Source: Phoronis australis (Eukaryota > Animalia > Phoronida). From it: 64,000 nt of DNA. Every line of letters starts with the position of its first letter. Position 1 is the stretch's first letter. Of this stretch, positions 48,549 through 62,525 are shown in pieces. The stretch spans positions 62,001 through 126,000 of the forward strand of contig NMRA01000753.1 of assembly GCA_002633005.1 (NCBI GenBank), written 5' to 3'. Made by a program: the position numbers and the translations under genes. The notes under the pieces are model-generated. The model was given only the letters and a program-made list of their open reading frames with translations, was not told the origin of the DNA and made no database searches.

Positions 48549-51500
48549 GTAAGAAACTTTATCTTTAAAGTGATTCATTTGACATTGCTGTAGTGTCCAG
48601 AACATTCGAAGGACTGTAAACTCACAATTTCAGGTATTTTTTTTCTTACCCGCGACATTCCACGACCCTCTTCCGTAGAAAAAGTTAAATGTACACATGC
48701 GACATTTAACTAAAAGGTTCCAGTTAGATTACATGACCTCGTTTCCGCAAAAACACTGTGCACGTTTTTACACGATAAGTTTATGCATCCGCGAGTACTT
48801 TTGTTTGCGGAGTTGGTCCAGGCGTTTAACTGGGCCCAAACTGAGCAACGTTAGAAAACACACTAACAGGACAGTAAGTTTGTTTTCATCCCAAATCACT
48901 GAAGGGTGATTTATGCCCGCAATCACTTGAGGACGTGTGCAGCTATAATTTAGGTACAATACTTTGGGTACATGCCTCTACAGTCTGGTATAGTTACACT
49001 CAATGTTGGATTCTTAACAAAGCTAGCTAGACTAACTGTCTGCAAGCATGTGTATCAAAATATCGCAACTAAAACACCCTCAGGCATGACCCTTTTCATC
49101 GTCATGCTTACGTAAACACAAAAAGTTTTCTCTGTGCGTTCCAATGGGGTCAAAGGTTATAGACAATACTAAAATGTTTCTGTTCCATCTACTGGCATAG
49201 CTTAGTAAACTGAACCTGGCATATTGTTTGGAACAAACCGGTAATAAAAAGCTACCTACCGACGAGACGGGCTTCATATTTGTCGTGAAAATAGGAATCA
49301 GATTTCTACTAAAGTGGAATATCTAAACCATAGCAACAAGCCGAGCAGTAAATCAAAAATGTTATTATCGGAAAATTCAAATGCCAGTTAATTATGGAAT
49401 ATCGTTCTACAAGTTCTGCTTGACGCACTGGGTGAGAAAACACATAGAAACACTTGTATGAAATCATAATTGACAAGAGCTTGGTAATGTTTTACTTGAC
49501 ATACATCTCTTTGATTATGTGCTTTTAAACCATGTTTCTCGTGTTTGTTATTTTTTGGTATTTTTAATTGAAATTTAGTATAAAATTTTTAGCAAATTTA
49601 GCTACATTTTAGTTCAATCTGTCGCTCAGGTCATTCTTATTTTTAGTTTTATGGCTTGAGTCACGATCTGTTGCGTGCGTGTAAACACATGTTAAAAGCT
49701 ATGAAACTTGATCTCGAGTTATGATGACCTATTGGTCTGCAGTTTATGAACAAGACATAAACGTTTACAAAATGTTCTTTCATTATCTAATAGCTTTTCG
49801 CTTAGGGTCTTGGTGTCAACCTGTCAGCTCGCTTTTGTTAATTGTAGCAAGGTGTTAGTTTTGACAAGTTTTCCATTCTGACTCACGCGCGCCTGCTATT
49901 GGACCATTGTTGAACTCTTAAAGAGAATAAAAGACCAGATCCTTTACATTACTTGGCATTTTGTTCCGTGAAAAATGCAAACACTGGCCTCTTACACTTC
50001 GTCTAACTCGGCGTAAAATATTAATTTGCGCCACTATTTGTGTTAAATAAAGGCACGTCTAAAACCGCACTTGTACTGCGTAGCTGAGGAATTCATAGCA
50101 ATGACAATTACAACCAAAAATGATTACACACATTATGTTACTCAATGCATTATTGAAGCTTATCGCCACCTATCCTTGCTCGTATACAATGTATAAAGTG
50201 TACAATAACCTACATTACCGTCTTGAATGAACTTTCCTGAGCTTATCCGACGATCTTTATTGATAGCTGATCCCCATTTTTGCATTACAAATGAATCGAT
50301 TATACAACATATCAATTGTTGTTATGAAGAAACATTGATAATTTTAGCGTGAATAGTTCCCAGGATAACACAGGAGTAATTCAAATTGTGTGGGGCTCTC
50401 AATATATTCTTAATACCTACAGTAGTATTCTTGAACGGGTGACAACTTGGCTAATGCCTATTGTTGTGAGGACAATTACAGCGAGGTCATAAACGCACAA
50501 TTAAGGCAATGTTACCATTAAAAGGTATTTTCAGGGCAAAGCAAAATTCCTGGGACCAGGTGACAATCGATTCAAATGCAGTTTAATCAAGGCCAGGTCG
50601 TCATAGGGCTTCATACACAGCCCAGCTGATTATTGTGGGACGACGGTGCTTGAAAGCTGTCTACTTGAAATTTGCTTCCTGGTCGTTATTTCACTTCATA
50701 CCTACTCGGTCAACTCTTCCCATCTACTCACTCTTGTGTATAATGGCTCAGGCTCCAAACCTCCTTGTCACTTGAGGCTAAAATTGTTTCCTTCTTTTCC
50801 AACATTTTTGTTTCAAGCGAGACATTCTGAAACGCGTAGTGAAGACGCTGGACACCTTTAGAAATCATGGATGTTAAAAGCAATCGAGTGTGTAGGCGCA
50901 GGTCAGTTTAACGTTAGGGAATGACATGACCTGTAGTTACACGGTCAAACATTAAAAAAATTCTAATTTTTAAGAGCGAAGTAAAAAGGTATGTGCATTC
51001 GTAGACGTGGTCTTTTGTGCTCCGACAGAGATACGTTTAGCGATGACAAAACAGATGACGAACGCGTTATGTTAATGGTAATGTGTAAACAATTTCGTTT
51101 TACAACTTTAATTGCAGAAAAGAAGACACAACGGAATTCTTTTCATACCCTTTCTCTAAATATGACAAACAATAGTTCACTGACATTTTATAAATTTCTA
51201 AAGTAAGCACCGTAACGCGCTAAGAGCCGTTTTCCCCGTCACATCATCTTTAGCATTAAGCTGTACACGTAACTGTTTGCAGTTACACACGCCTACGCCA
51301 TCACAGTAATACCTTCAGTGCTTTGGCTCTCGTTTTATACACTCATGGGACTTTCTATTTTTTAGTGCAACGTTCACATAGCATTCTAAGCTCCCGTGTA
51401 TGGACGCAGCGAGCGTTCTAAAACATATTGTAATCAAAATAGTCGGCCCAACACATTACACACCGCATTAGGCTATGGATTCAATCACGATCGTTTGGCC

Positions 51501-51744
51501 GGTGATTGTGTTTTCGATGGTTACACGCCTCATTAGAATCTGCCAAAACAAACGGTGCGAATAATTTAGTTTACTCACAATTCAATTCAAGCTCACATTC
51601 TAAAGCAAATGATTTGTTATGCTCAACTCTCAGACGTCAGAAAGTATCGTAAATTTCGAAGGGACACACGGATAGTTTTTGCGCTTACATTTCAAAAGAC
51701 CAGCTCATGCGAGTACGCGGAAACATTGTCTGGTCGCACAAGTC

Positions 51745-52090
51745 TGTTGGGCAGATGCGTGAACACTCCTGTGTGACTGATTTATCATTTGGACCATTCC
51801 TGTGTTAGTCCCTGCCCTCTGTTGAACAGATCTGGTGGACAGACGTATGGATCACTCGTGTGTGTCGATAGACTCCCCTCTGTTGGACAGATATACGGAT
51901 CACTCCTGTGTGTCGACAAACTACCGCTTTTGTTGGATAGATGTATGGATCTCTCCTGTGTGTCGATAGACGCCCCCTGTGTTGGGCAGATGTATGGATC
52001 ACTCCTGTGTGTCGATACAACCGACAGTTGGACTGATGGACAGAAGCATGGAGCACTCCTGTGTGTCGATAAACTGTCCTTCTGTTGGGA
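51745..52090. repeat. Diverged minisatellite, ~52-60-bp unit x ~6
   Basis: TGTTGG(A/G)CAGAT.TATGGATCACTCCTGTGTGTCGATA recurs. Confidence 0.9.
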
Positions 52091-52392
52091 GACACACCTT
52101 TAACATTGTTAGATGCAGTAGTCGTCTCTTTACACTATGAAAACATATGGTACACATTTAGGGACTCTAATGTAAAATTTTGTTTTTTAAGTTTGTCTCC
52201 AGGATTTCCATTGTCATAAAAAGGCGACTGGCGCCAAGTGTACCATATCCTACTTCATACTACGAGATGTTTACATTAAAAGTGATAATTTACCAATGAC
52301 ACGACTAAATGGTAATATACATTGGTAATCAGTGTAAGTATAAAGACTTCACAAAAACGATGTCATTTTCTTCATTTTGTTTTTACAAGGCG

Positions 52393-52740
52393 CTAGTCAA
52401 AGCGGCTACACGTTCTTCCGTCAAAGAAGTTCATTTTAATTTAGACCACTTACCTCTATGAAACTGGTATCAACTTTCTTCTAACTTCACTGAGAAGTGG
52501 TTGATTTCAAAAACTGACAGTTCGTCGGTGCTCGAGACCATGCTTTAGGCATAAGATGACCCGCCATGACATGCCAGCTTTTAGAGGTTGGCCTGAAGCA
52601 TCGACGAACTGTCAAATCTTTCCAGGTCCAATGACCATCTAAAATTTGAACAAGGAATTATGTTTAGACCAATATCAGTGGTCTAAATCAAAAGTTATTT
52701 TCTCTGACGGTAGGCGGGTTAATTGCAGCTACGAACTATA
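52393..52740. mobile_element. Fold-back (palindromic) MITE-like element
   Basis: TGACAGTTCGTCGGTGCT (52515-52532) / AGCATCGACGAACTGTCA (52597-52614), and CCGTCAAAGAA...ATTTAGACCACT / AGTGGTCTAAAT...TTCTCTGACGG, are nested inverted matches; outer limits approximate. Confidence 0.65.
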
Positions 52741-55156
52741 GAGTTGTACAGTTTAATTATCGCCTCGCTCAGGATTTTGAAAATTTACTCTCTTTACATT
52801 TTACCCGACTTAAATTGCAAGCAAAGACCCGGATGATCGTTATCATGACAGCTGTTACTCACACGACTATACCGAGTATGTGTTTGGATTGTAATGAGAA
52901 ACCCAACGTTTCCCTTTGTCGACAGTAGCTTTTTCAATTGACTTCCTTTCACAACTAACCACATTCAACACCTTACATTTTACAAAGAATCATTTCAAGG
53001 ATGCACCGCTTGAAATCCTGCACACTGTTACTCAATACAAAACCCATCTTTTTTCTTTGACGGCCGCTTTCATAACTGTCTTGTGTAGAATACTTATTTG
53101 AAATGACTGTCAACAATGCGCCTACCTTGTACGATAGTTAAAATGGCGGACTCAAGTTTTAGCAACACCTGTGATTAGTTTTGAATCCCTACATATCTTG
53201 TAAACTTTTGTGGTCTAATGACTAATGATTGTTTTACTGCAACTCACAAATAATCGACTGTTCTCGCTATTGGTTATTGCCAACGTTCTTACGTAATGCG
53301 CTACGCCCTATCTGTTCCCGTTGAAAATGAGTCTGACGATGAGTCGGCCTTCTTCCCTCATCAAGTACCATGCTAGGAAACAATTCCTTTAACGCCTTTC
53401 CCTGGCCCCTTTTTTCAACAAATAAACAACTTGAAAGTAATGGGATATTTTTATATTTTTCCATGTTGTTGTTTTGACCCTTTTCTAGATCACTCAAAAG
53501 CTTTCGATCCTATGCTGCGTAGTATGTGGGGGATGGGGGTAAATTCTGATTGTAATCGTGACTGATATTTCTTGATACTCTCGAATCCATTCGGCACAAC
53601 AGAGGCACTTGATAGATTGTTGGCAGGAATAGTGAAATAGCCACGGGCTAAACGGTCTGTCCAGTGAAACATGGCAATAAAAACATAGAAGGAATAACAG
53701 TCCACTACAACAGGTTTTATGAGCCAGTGAACATACAGCTTAAGTAAACACGGTCTTACAGTACCTGCTTAATGAATTTGTGCACAGAGTAGTATAAGAG
53801 GAGTCGTCCAATGACCATCATTGACCACCAGGGGAATAAGTATGAATGAACAGCTATTTTTACTCTTTAAAATTGGATAGCGGGTTTATTTTTGTTAACT
53901 GAAGCACTTTCACACTTCCACTTCATTTAGAAATATTTTCTATTCATTAAACTTCCGAAAAGAAAACATAAGTGTTGGTAACTTGGACAGTGTTGAGCAG
54001 TGTTGTTGTATGGGGTCGCTGCGTTACATTGTAAGATTATGTTGTTAAGATTTTTAAATTATTTGGTCTCGAAAGAACACGTGCATTTTTTTCGGGCGGA
54101 AAATGATCTATAGTGTCAACTTGAGCTCGACATTCCATGATAACAACTAATTTCAGATTAATTCGCTACATTTGTATGATACTCGCAAAGAAAATGTTTG
54201 GGGTTTTCAAATAAGTTTTCGTCACTTTAAGTTCTCAACTTTCGGGAAGGTTATAACACAGTTGTCACATTGTGACACATGACAGTAAAATAATAAAGAA
54301 ATCCGGTAACGTTTCATCATGGCAGTCCAAAATTAGAATCAAATGTAGGGTCAAAATAAAGATGGCTCATTTAGCATAACTTTGCCCAATTAAGCACGTG
54401 TTTAAAGACAAAGACAGACTGTGAAAAAAGTAATTAGATAATTGGTGGTGCTAAATGATTGGCTATTTAACTACTCGTATTTATCGCCACAGGCAACTGT
54501 CTCGCTAAATGACTGTCGGGATGCATTGCAAACTGTTCTTCATGCATAATGGATTCAATGAATTGGTTGGCAAATAGCGTAATTAAATGGCGAAGAGTCA
54601 AGTGTCACCGTCAGTAATGAGGAGCAAGCTAGACAACCTTATGGTCAGATAATTGCCTAATCAAACACAAGCTGACGTTTGTATGGACAAGTGAAAAAAG
54701 TGTGAGACAATTCTTTATCAAATAAAATTTTCGCCATGAATGACGATGCCCCATCTGTTGATATTGTTCACATCCATCGTCCATTTTCCAGAGAACAAAA
54801 CCACACAATTTCTCGTTGAGATCTCATCAAAGCTTACAGTACCTTCCGCAAAGTGTTATGAGCAAAGTCACGTACCCGATTTACAAGTACAGAGTTCTGG
54901 TTTTTACAGCATCTTTCCCTAGAACAGTGCGTGTTAGAATCACCATTGGTGTGCCTATTTGCACGTTCTGAGGTGTTATAATGTCGTAGATCTGTTATTA
55001 AAAGCACCATTCCCTAAAATGACGTGTACGTACAATAAACGGATAGATTCCGACAGAAGTCTGCCATAGCCTGCCAAACTTGGAAGAAATTGTTGCCATT
55101 ATAATTTGGCGGGTTAGTCGAGTTTTGTTGCACGCAAATGGCATTTTTTCAGAATT

Positions 55157-55316
55157 TAATGCGGTATTATTATAATGCGGTAATATTACAATGCGGTAAT
55201 ATTATAATGCGGTATTATTATAATGCGGTATTATTACAATGCGGTATTATTATAATGCGGTATTATTATAATGCGGTATTATTATGATGCGGTATTATTA
55301 TAATGCGGTATTATTA
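55157..55316. repeat. Minisatellite, 16-bp unit x10
   Basis: TAATGCGGTATTATTA tandem array with few variants. Confidence 0.95.
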
Positions 55317-58177
55317 CTCCTAACCTCTTGCAAGTTGTCGCGATTTGGACAAAGTGTCTGGAACAACACCCATTCAAAATTTATCGATATTTCTATAAAA
55401 TTGAAACGTGTTGTAGCAGAAAAAATGGATACTTGTGAGTCAAAACTTATGCGACTTTGTTCATTTTATTTTGAAACTTACTGTACATAGATCTGATTAA
55501 GACAGCATCATTTCCCGAAATGCATAAATGCATCATCCATTAGCACGTAGATTACCTGACCGTCCGTGCTGCCTCATTTTCCTCAATAATTTGCAATTGC
55601 GACCCGTATACAAAATACACCATACGAAGTTTAATAAAGAATGACTGTGCATTTGTCAAAAGGATGGCCTGTCTAGATTAGAATACCTGTTGACGAAACC
55701 TATATGTGTAAGTACTTGACAGCTAGTCAGAGAAAGGAAAGTTAAACATCGGTGAACAACTTGTTCAACATAATGTTTATTCAGTATCTACACAACCCCC
55801 TCCAGAACTGTGGGAATATTGGAACTGAAAGATCGTGACATAAGCAGCCTTTCTGTCCTCGTCCGTTCCCTGTGTTTATTGAGGTTTTTACAATGACACT
55901 TGTTCGAGGTGTTTTCCATCTCTTAGCTACTTGAACACAATGGCCACAATTGGGAGGATAAAGATGACAGGTCCCTGTTAAAATAACACCGTGTTCTGAT
56001 AACGAAAAGTAAAATAAAATGTGGAATTCTTATTTGTGTTGGTTGAGATGGTATAAATGTTCACGTAAAGCGAAGTTTGGCGGAAGTTGGAGAAACGTAG
56101 TGATCGTATACGAACGTCTGAGATATAGAAACTGATATTGAAATTCATGATTTAGTCATCTTCGTCAATTTTTTTGTTATAAGGTGTGATAGGCGCCGCT
56201 GTAGTTTCCCTTTCCTGGCGAACTGTTCTAAGTAAGCACGCGTCAGAGAACTGCAGACGAGAAGTGTGATCAGAACTAAGACGTTTGGTTCACTGAAGAA
56301 ATTGAATATTTAGAGGACATAAACGTCTTGCTTAATTGAGTTTGGTGTCGAATATAAGAATGGGCCGTCCTTATAACACTGGCAACGTCGCTCTCGGCGT
56401 GTTTTTGTTTATGCCATAGGTGTCTTGTCCTTACAGACACTGTTTGAATTGCTGCAGGTGTTAGCCTGCTTAAGCATCATTATTTGCAAGTTTGGGCCAC
56501 TTTTGGAAAGAACACTCCTTAGGCAAACCTCCCAAAGAATGTCTTTCTTTGAAATATTCCTTATTTAAAGTGTAATGTGGGTAACGTATCTGAATGGTGA
56601 TCCGTTAACCAAGGTCAGATTACGTGCGGGAAAGGAAACGCAAATATTTGGCTTTCCTAATGCGGGTTTTGACACTGATGCCTGGAATATCCTGGAAATT
56701 TGAAAAATTGACAATTTGTGTCCTTGTGGGATTATTGGATCATCGTCAATAGCCATGTCTACCAAAAAAAAAACAAATTACGTCCATAAACATAAAATTC
56801 CCAAGTAAGCGATTTAACCTGAAAAGGTCACGCAAATATTTAATGTTGTCTATGCTGTTTACATTCTTTTTGAATGAGATGACTGAAAGCCTTTCAACTC
56901 GATTTAAAAACTAATGTTTTACAGGTGCCTGCGCACTTTGTCCATTCGTACTGTTTCGTTATCACAATCCACACCAACAAACAGTGCATGGAATTGTTTA
57001 AAGGGTTAGTTGATCAAAGGAAATAGTAAAGTATTGGATTCGTGTACAATTGTCGTGTATTTCTCAGATACCAAAAGATGCCTATTTGCTGCAGCAACCG
57101 GAGCTTGGACAACCAAAACATGGCCCTAGATAAGAACAACCCGCTTACTTGTTGTAACCTGGCGTCACTGTTGGACTTACTCATCCACGTAGAGAACCCC
57201 ATCTGCGGGACTTGGAAATTAGCACCACCCTTGTGATTGTAATTTAAATTTGTCTATCATATTTTGTTTACTTTGAGCGACCCCTATTATCGTTGGATAA
57301 TGGAAGATGCATTTTTAGTCGCCAAAGAAGTGTGAACGTCATGACAGTTACTTTCAGGCGTTCTATTGCTACTAACTTCAATCAGATGAAGGATAAGGAT
57401 ACGATAACTTGCATTTGAAGAGCAAATACGCCAGTGAAGAAATTCCGTTTTTGTATCCACATGTTTTATAGGGGTTTAGCGGCATTAAATGAGACTTCTG
57501 GCTTAAAATGTCCCAAGCACTTATGAAGTTAATCTTCCGATTTCCATGGAATTTTGCCTCACACAAAAGTTCGGTCTGAATAAAAGCTATAAACGACATA
57601 AAAGAAAGCGACCGCTTTTCATGCTTCGTTCACAAAATGTAACCCACATAAAACGAAAAAGCATTATTGCCGGAAGTTAGCCTAAGGTCAACAAATAAGT
57701 CAACACAACATTAAAAGACCAATTCACTTGTTATCTTTCTAAGGATAACAGTGGTTTCGTCGATGGGTCTACAAGGAGTGTACAAACTGTTCATTGTTTT
57801 TTTTACCACATCTTCCGGACACGATCCTCTGATAAACTCTGACCCAGAAATAATGTCATCCTGACTCGCCAACTGTAAACAATATTGTGAGAACAACCGC
57901 AGAGGGGCTTGAACGTGAGAACAATAGAGTGTCGCTCTTGAAGCTGAGCTCCATGGTTGAAAAATCATTGCCATTGTCAGCGAGTGAGCTCAATGTTAAG
58001 TGTGGACAGATAAATAGACGCGGTGCCTGCGGATGGAATGGAAATCGTGACAGCAAACGAGCAGATAGTGACTCTAGGCGCAGCCTTTGATTAGAGGGAC
58101 ATAGAATCCTTGGTCTAACTCAACATGACAAAACTAGGACCCTTTGTCTCCAAAACTGAAAGTTTGTGTGTTTCCAG

Positions 58178-58328
58178 AAAAGAGGAAGAACGCGAGAAAG
58201 ACCCCGATTTAGCTGTGCAGCTGGATGTGTTTGATGAACAAAAGGCTAACGACGATGAGCAGCTACCGGGGCCACAGGGTGTTGATCTCAGTGACCCTTT
58301 AGACGTGTTTCACGCCATCTTTCGCCAG
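58178..58328 (+). CDS. INF2: INF2-like exon (KEEEREKDPDLAVQLDVFDEQKANDDEQL...DPLDVFHAIFRQ); gene continues beyond the window
   Basis: DLxxQLxxFxExKxxD and GVDLS..xVF motifs of the DID/dimerisation region; acceptor TTTCCAG, donor CAG|GTAAGT; phase 2 to 0. Confidence 0.93.
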
Positions 58329-60332
58329 GTAAGTTATATCTCGTCTTTATAACTGCTTTCAAGCATACTTTACTTGTTAAACCAATAAGTAAATGGTTCG
58401 CGGCATTTAGGCACAAGTTGAATGTTTATAATACGCTGTGTTATAGCTAATTCCACAGTTTCTGCCTTAGGCAATGATGAGTATTCTAATAAGAATGTTT
58501 AGAGGAACGATCAGTGCATTGTTCTTGAACTTTTGCAAATAAAAACATCGGCTTTGAGTTTCGACGCAACCGGTCATGTTTTCGTATTGCATTCTATGAA
58601 GCTGTGTGGATTCTCGTGCACAGCACTATGGTAAATACGTAACCACTAACGAAAAAGGGTGCAATGGGAAATATAAAGAGCAAATGGGTTTAAAGATGGG
58701 ATCGTCGTATAAAAATGGGTTTGCTGAACACCCGTTAAATTGTAGCGAGACATTTTGTACCAGTCTTGGCAAAGGAAACTGGCCACAAACCACTCAAAAA
58801 TCTACGACTTGGCAAAATCATAGCGTTGGATGAGAAACGTTTGCATTATCATGCCAATTCTCCTGTGTTTAAGAGATTATTAATCCTTGTGTAAAGTATC
58901 TCGTGTCTTCTGGGCGTGGAGTAGTTGTGTTCTAAAACGCAACACTCAAAAAAATGGGTTATCTTGAATCACACAGATTCTGGCACTACTTGAACATTTT
59001 GAAATGTTAAAGTTGTGTCTTTTAAAATAATCTGAGTGTGTTGGTGGCTCTCCCTAAGCCCAAATCCAAATACGGTTAAATGGATCAGGAACTTGTCTGA
59101 GCCTCCTAATCTTGCTTTCTAATAATTCACAAAAATAACTATTTAATAAATTTCTCTTTCCACATAGTTGTGTGCTAAAAGCAGTGTGGGTCAGTACTCC
59201 ATACCGAAATTTCACTTGTTTTGTTGTAACCGTCATGCTGTGTTGGTAGGGTATGACCGCAGCGGGTGACCGCGCAAATAATGCACGCCCACTAGGTGCC
59301 GCCAACTTCTAAGAATTACGTGACGTCATGATATGCTAACAGTTGCCCGGCAATTCATTCATACACCTTTCCAGTAGTTTCTACGTAACAAACGACAAAG
59401 GCGAGGGAGACTGAAATATAAAAGTATTTCAATGAAACTTGATTTTAAGAACTGCCGACATTTCCCAAGCACAGTATCCGCTCGTGATTTGAGAAAGCAG
59501 CAAACAGACAAGTTTGATAGCGGAAATGGTTAAATTGGATTATGAATGCATATAATGCAACGGTACGTGTGCTGACAGCAGGACATATCGAGAAATGCTC
59601 ACAAGCGTCAGTGGCATATGTTAAATTTTGCATTCTTTCACTCACTTTCTTCATTCACTTAATGACATGTTACAATATGCAAAGATTACTTAGATTACAC
59701 GTTTCTTTTTTCGGTTTCTTGCTTTTTGGGCGGTAATGTACATTTACTAGAGCCGTAAGGGTCAGGTTGGGTGTGAGTGCCAAAAGTTAGTCTGATCGTG
59801 CTCGGATTGTTCTTGTTTCCGTTTTGAGAGCTCGTTATGGGCTTTATCTTGTCAATGGCGACCATGAATTCGCTTTATTTAGTCTGTGGGAGCACGAAGA
59901 GACCAGTTGACGATGATGGTTTTATAACGAAATTGTGGGATAATGACACAAAGCGGTGTGCACAATAAAATTAAGTTGAACGGGTTTTTTACATTCATTA
60001 TGGATCGTTTGCCTGTCATAAACTATTGGTGAGTCATTTTCACGAGGTTGTAAGATATCTCTTATACAAATCTTAAAGTGCGCGTATGCCTACTTGATTT
60101 CATGTTACACGGTGAGTCATGTAGTGGTATAACCTGTCTCTTATGAGATTTAATCCATTCGTGAGGATAGTATACCCCTTGAAGCTGCTAAATAACATGT
60201 TGTTGTGTTAACATTATCAACTTCTTTCACAAAAGTATTGTTTCTTCAAAAATAACGTCATCGCGTTCTCTGGCTTGGATTGAAATTCATTACAAAACAA
60301 GTCGCTAGAAATTCTGCCGCCATACTGCCTTT

Positions 60333-60488
60333 GCGATTGAAACTAACGCGGGCGACGTGACAAGCGATTGAAACCAACCCGGACGACGTGACAAGCGATT
60401 GAAACCAACCCCGGCCAAGTGACAAGCGATTGAAACCAACGCGGGCCACGTGACAAACGATTGAAACCAACGCGGGCGACGTGACAAG
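60333..60488. repeat. CpG-rich minisatellite, 31-bp unit x5
   Basis: GCGATTGAAACCAACGCGGGCGACGTGACAA tandem copies. Confidence 0.95.
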
Positions 60489-62410
60489 CAACTTAACTGA
60501 CATTATGGAAGGGAAAAGTGTTTTTTTTAGATCAATCCCGAAGCGGAAATGAACCCACACCCTCCACAGTGACCTCCTACGTTCTACTGGCGAACATAAA
60601 CCCCACTCGTTGGTGTCACATTATATATTTTAAGCAAATTTAACCGGACCAGTCACCGGCCTTGATTTCAGCGTATGGCTGGCAAACAACGATGATAATT
60701 GACAATTTGTAATAAAAGCGCAAAAACACAGTGGGTTTTGTTGTTTTATGGCAAATAACCTCTCAAAATCCATTCCAGGCCCCAATAATTCAAAAAATGT
60801 GTTTGTAAGCCGCAAAATCTTTTATGTCCCTTGAGCCAAATCTAAAGCAATAACGGTCTGTCAGTTCTCCTCAAAAACAGAAATCGTATCTCATCTGAGT
60901 ACTTAGCAATATTAGTCCGATTTTATATCACATCTAAACAAAAATAAAAATAAAAAACGCGTGTTCATTGCCCTGTCCTATCGTTGGCAAACACTACATG
61001 GAAACCTAGACTGTGAAATACATCAGTACCTAAATTTGCACCGTTCTTGGTGTGGCTTGAAAGCTTTGGACGATCGTTTGAACCACACTCAAAAATCCAC
61101 GCTTCCGGCTCATGTGCATTGCTGCATTCTTAACGCGCCGATCCACCACAATGGCGATTTCGGCCGAACGTCTTCTCACCCAACTCGGGCCACTTAGCCT
61201 ACTAAGCAATCAATGTTCTTGTTCTTTTGTCCTTATGGTAACAATAATGTGCTAACATATGGTAGTATTTCATGTTTACAACACTGCGAAATCAGTGGCC
61301 GTTCAAAGGCACCCTTCATTTCACGCATTTCACAGTAACTGGTCGAAACTGAAACAGCAGTGTTTGCAAGAGAAAGATTGAGCAGCACATTTTTTTCTTA
61401 CTCGTATTAAACTGTTTTGCATGTTCTTTAAAAGAATCGGAATTTCGCCATACCAACAACATCTCGAAAACCAACGTTGTGGCCTTGAATTATTTCAGAC
61501 TGAAGAAAATAGTAGAAGATCAAGTTTACAGTATACTTGATGTTTGTTATGTCCTAATGAACTAGGCTAAAATACCAAACGTGACGTTATACAATTTGCC
61601 CGTTTGTTTCTAAATTCAGGCGCCCTAATAACACATTAGGAGCAGAATGTCATTACTAGAAATGATCTTTCTATACACTAATTCAATGTACTCAACGGCT
61701 TTTCACGTTAATTTGGAACATGTAATCCGCGTGTACTTTTTAGATTCAAATAAGAAAATATAACAAAGTCAAGCGTCTTCTTTCTACAAAGTTGCCGACG
61801 TTTCTCTTAGCATTTTCCTGGGCTGTGTCAAGCATAAACATAATATTTGCACCAGGGGTTGTTTTGTGATTTACAACTGAATGACTTTAATCGGTTGAAA
61901 TAGTTGAACTTTTATTGAATATTTTCATCGTTCTGGGTATTGAAATGTAATCAGCTTTCTCTTGAATGAGTCATCCGTCATTTTTTGCCGTCCTCCGTCT
62001 AAGGGTCGTCAGTCTGCATCGTGACTCATCGTTCTAAAATTGTTTATTAGTTTAAAGAAGATTTCACTCTTAACTACATTATACTGGAATTTTTTTGATA
62101 AATGTGTAAACAATGGAGTTATCTGAACAACACAGACGATTTACTGCATGCTACATATCTTCTTAAAATGTTATTCTTGTAACAGGTCGAAACATTCAAA
62201 AACAAATTTTAGTTCAGTCTATTGCACACCTGTAAACTGGGGTGACATACATTAACCTGCATTCAGAGCTACATTACATATTTACGTGCTGGTTATAAAA
62301 ATTAAAGCCCGTATATATGGCTAAGTTTCACCCGGAACTTTTTCTCCTTAATTGTACCTGTTTTATTACTAGTGCGTTTGATTATCGACCTTCTCCAAGA
62401 ACAAGTTCAT

Positions 62411-62525
62411 CTGGAACATTTCGTTCCACCTCCTGAAGTGGGGCAAACTGGAACATTTCATTCCACCTCCTGAAGTGGGGCAAACTGGAACATTTCGTTC
62501 CACCTCCTGAAGTGGGTCAAACTGG
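62411..62525. repeat. Tandem repeat, 37-bp unit x3
   Basis: CTGGAACATTTCGTTCCACCTCCTGAAGTGGGGCAAA three times, with 1-2 substitutions. Confidence 0.95.

Noticed and set aside
61965-62030. Minus-strand CTGACGA inside a short inverted repeat as a third hammerhead
   Set aside because: No correctly placed GAAA or cleavage triplet; other CTGANGA words scanned by eye also lacked a stem II-GAAA arrangement.
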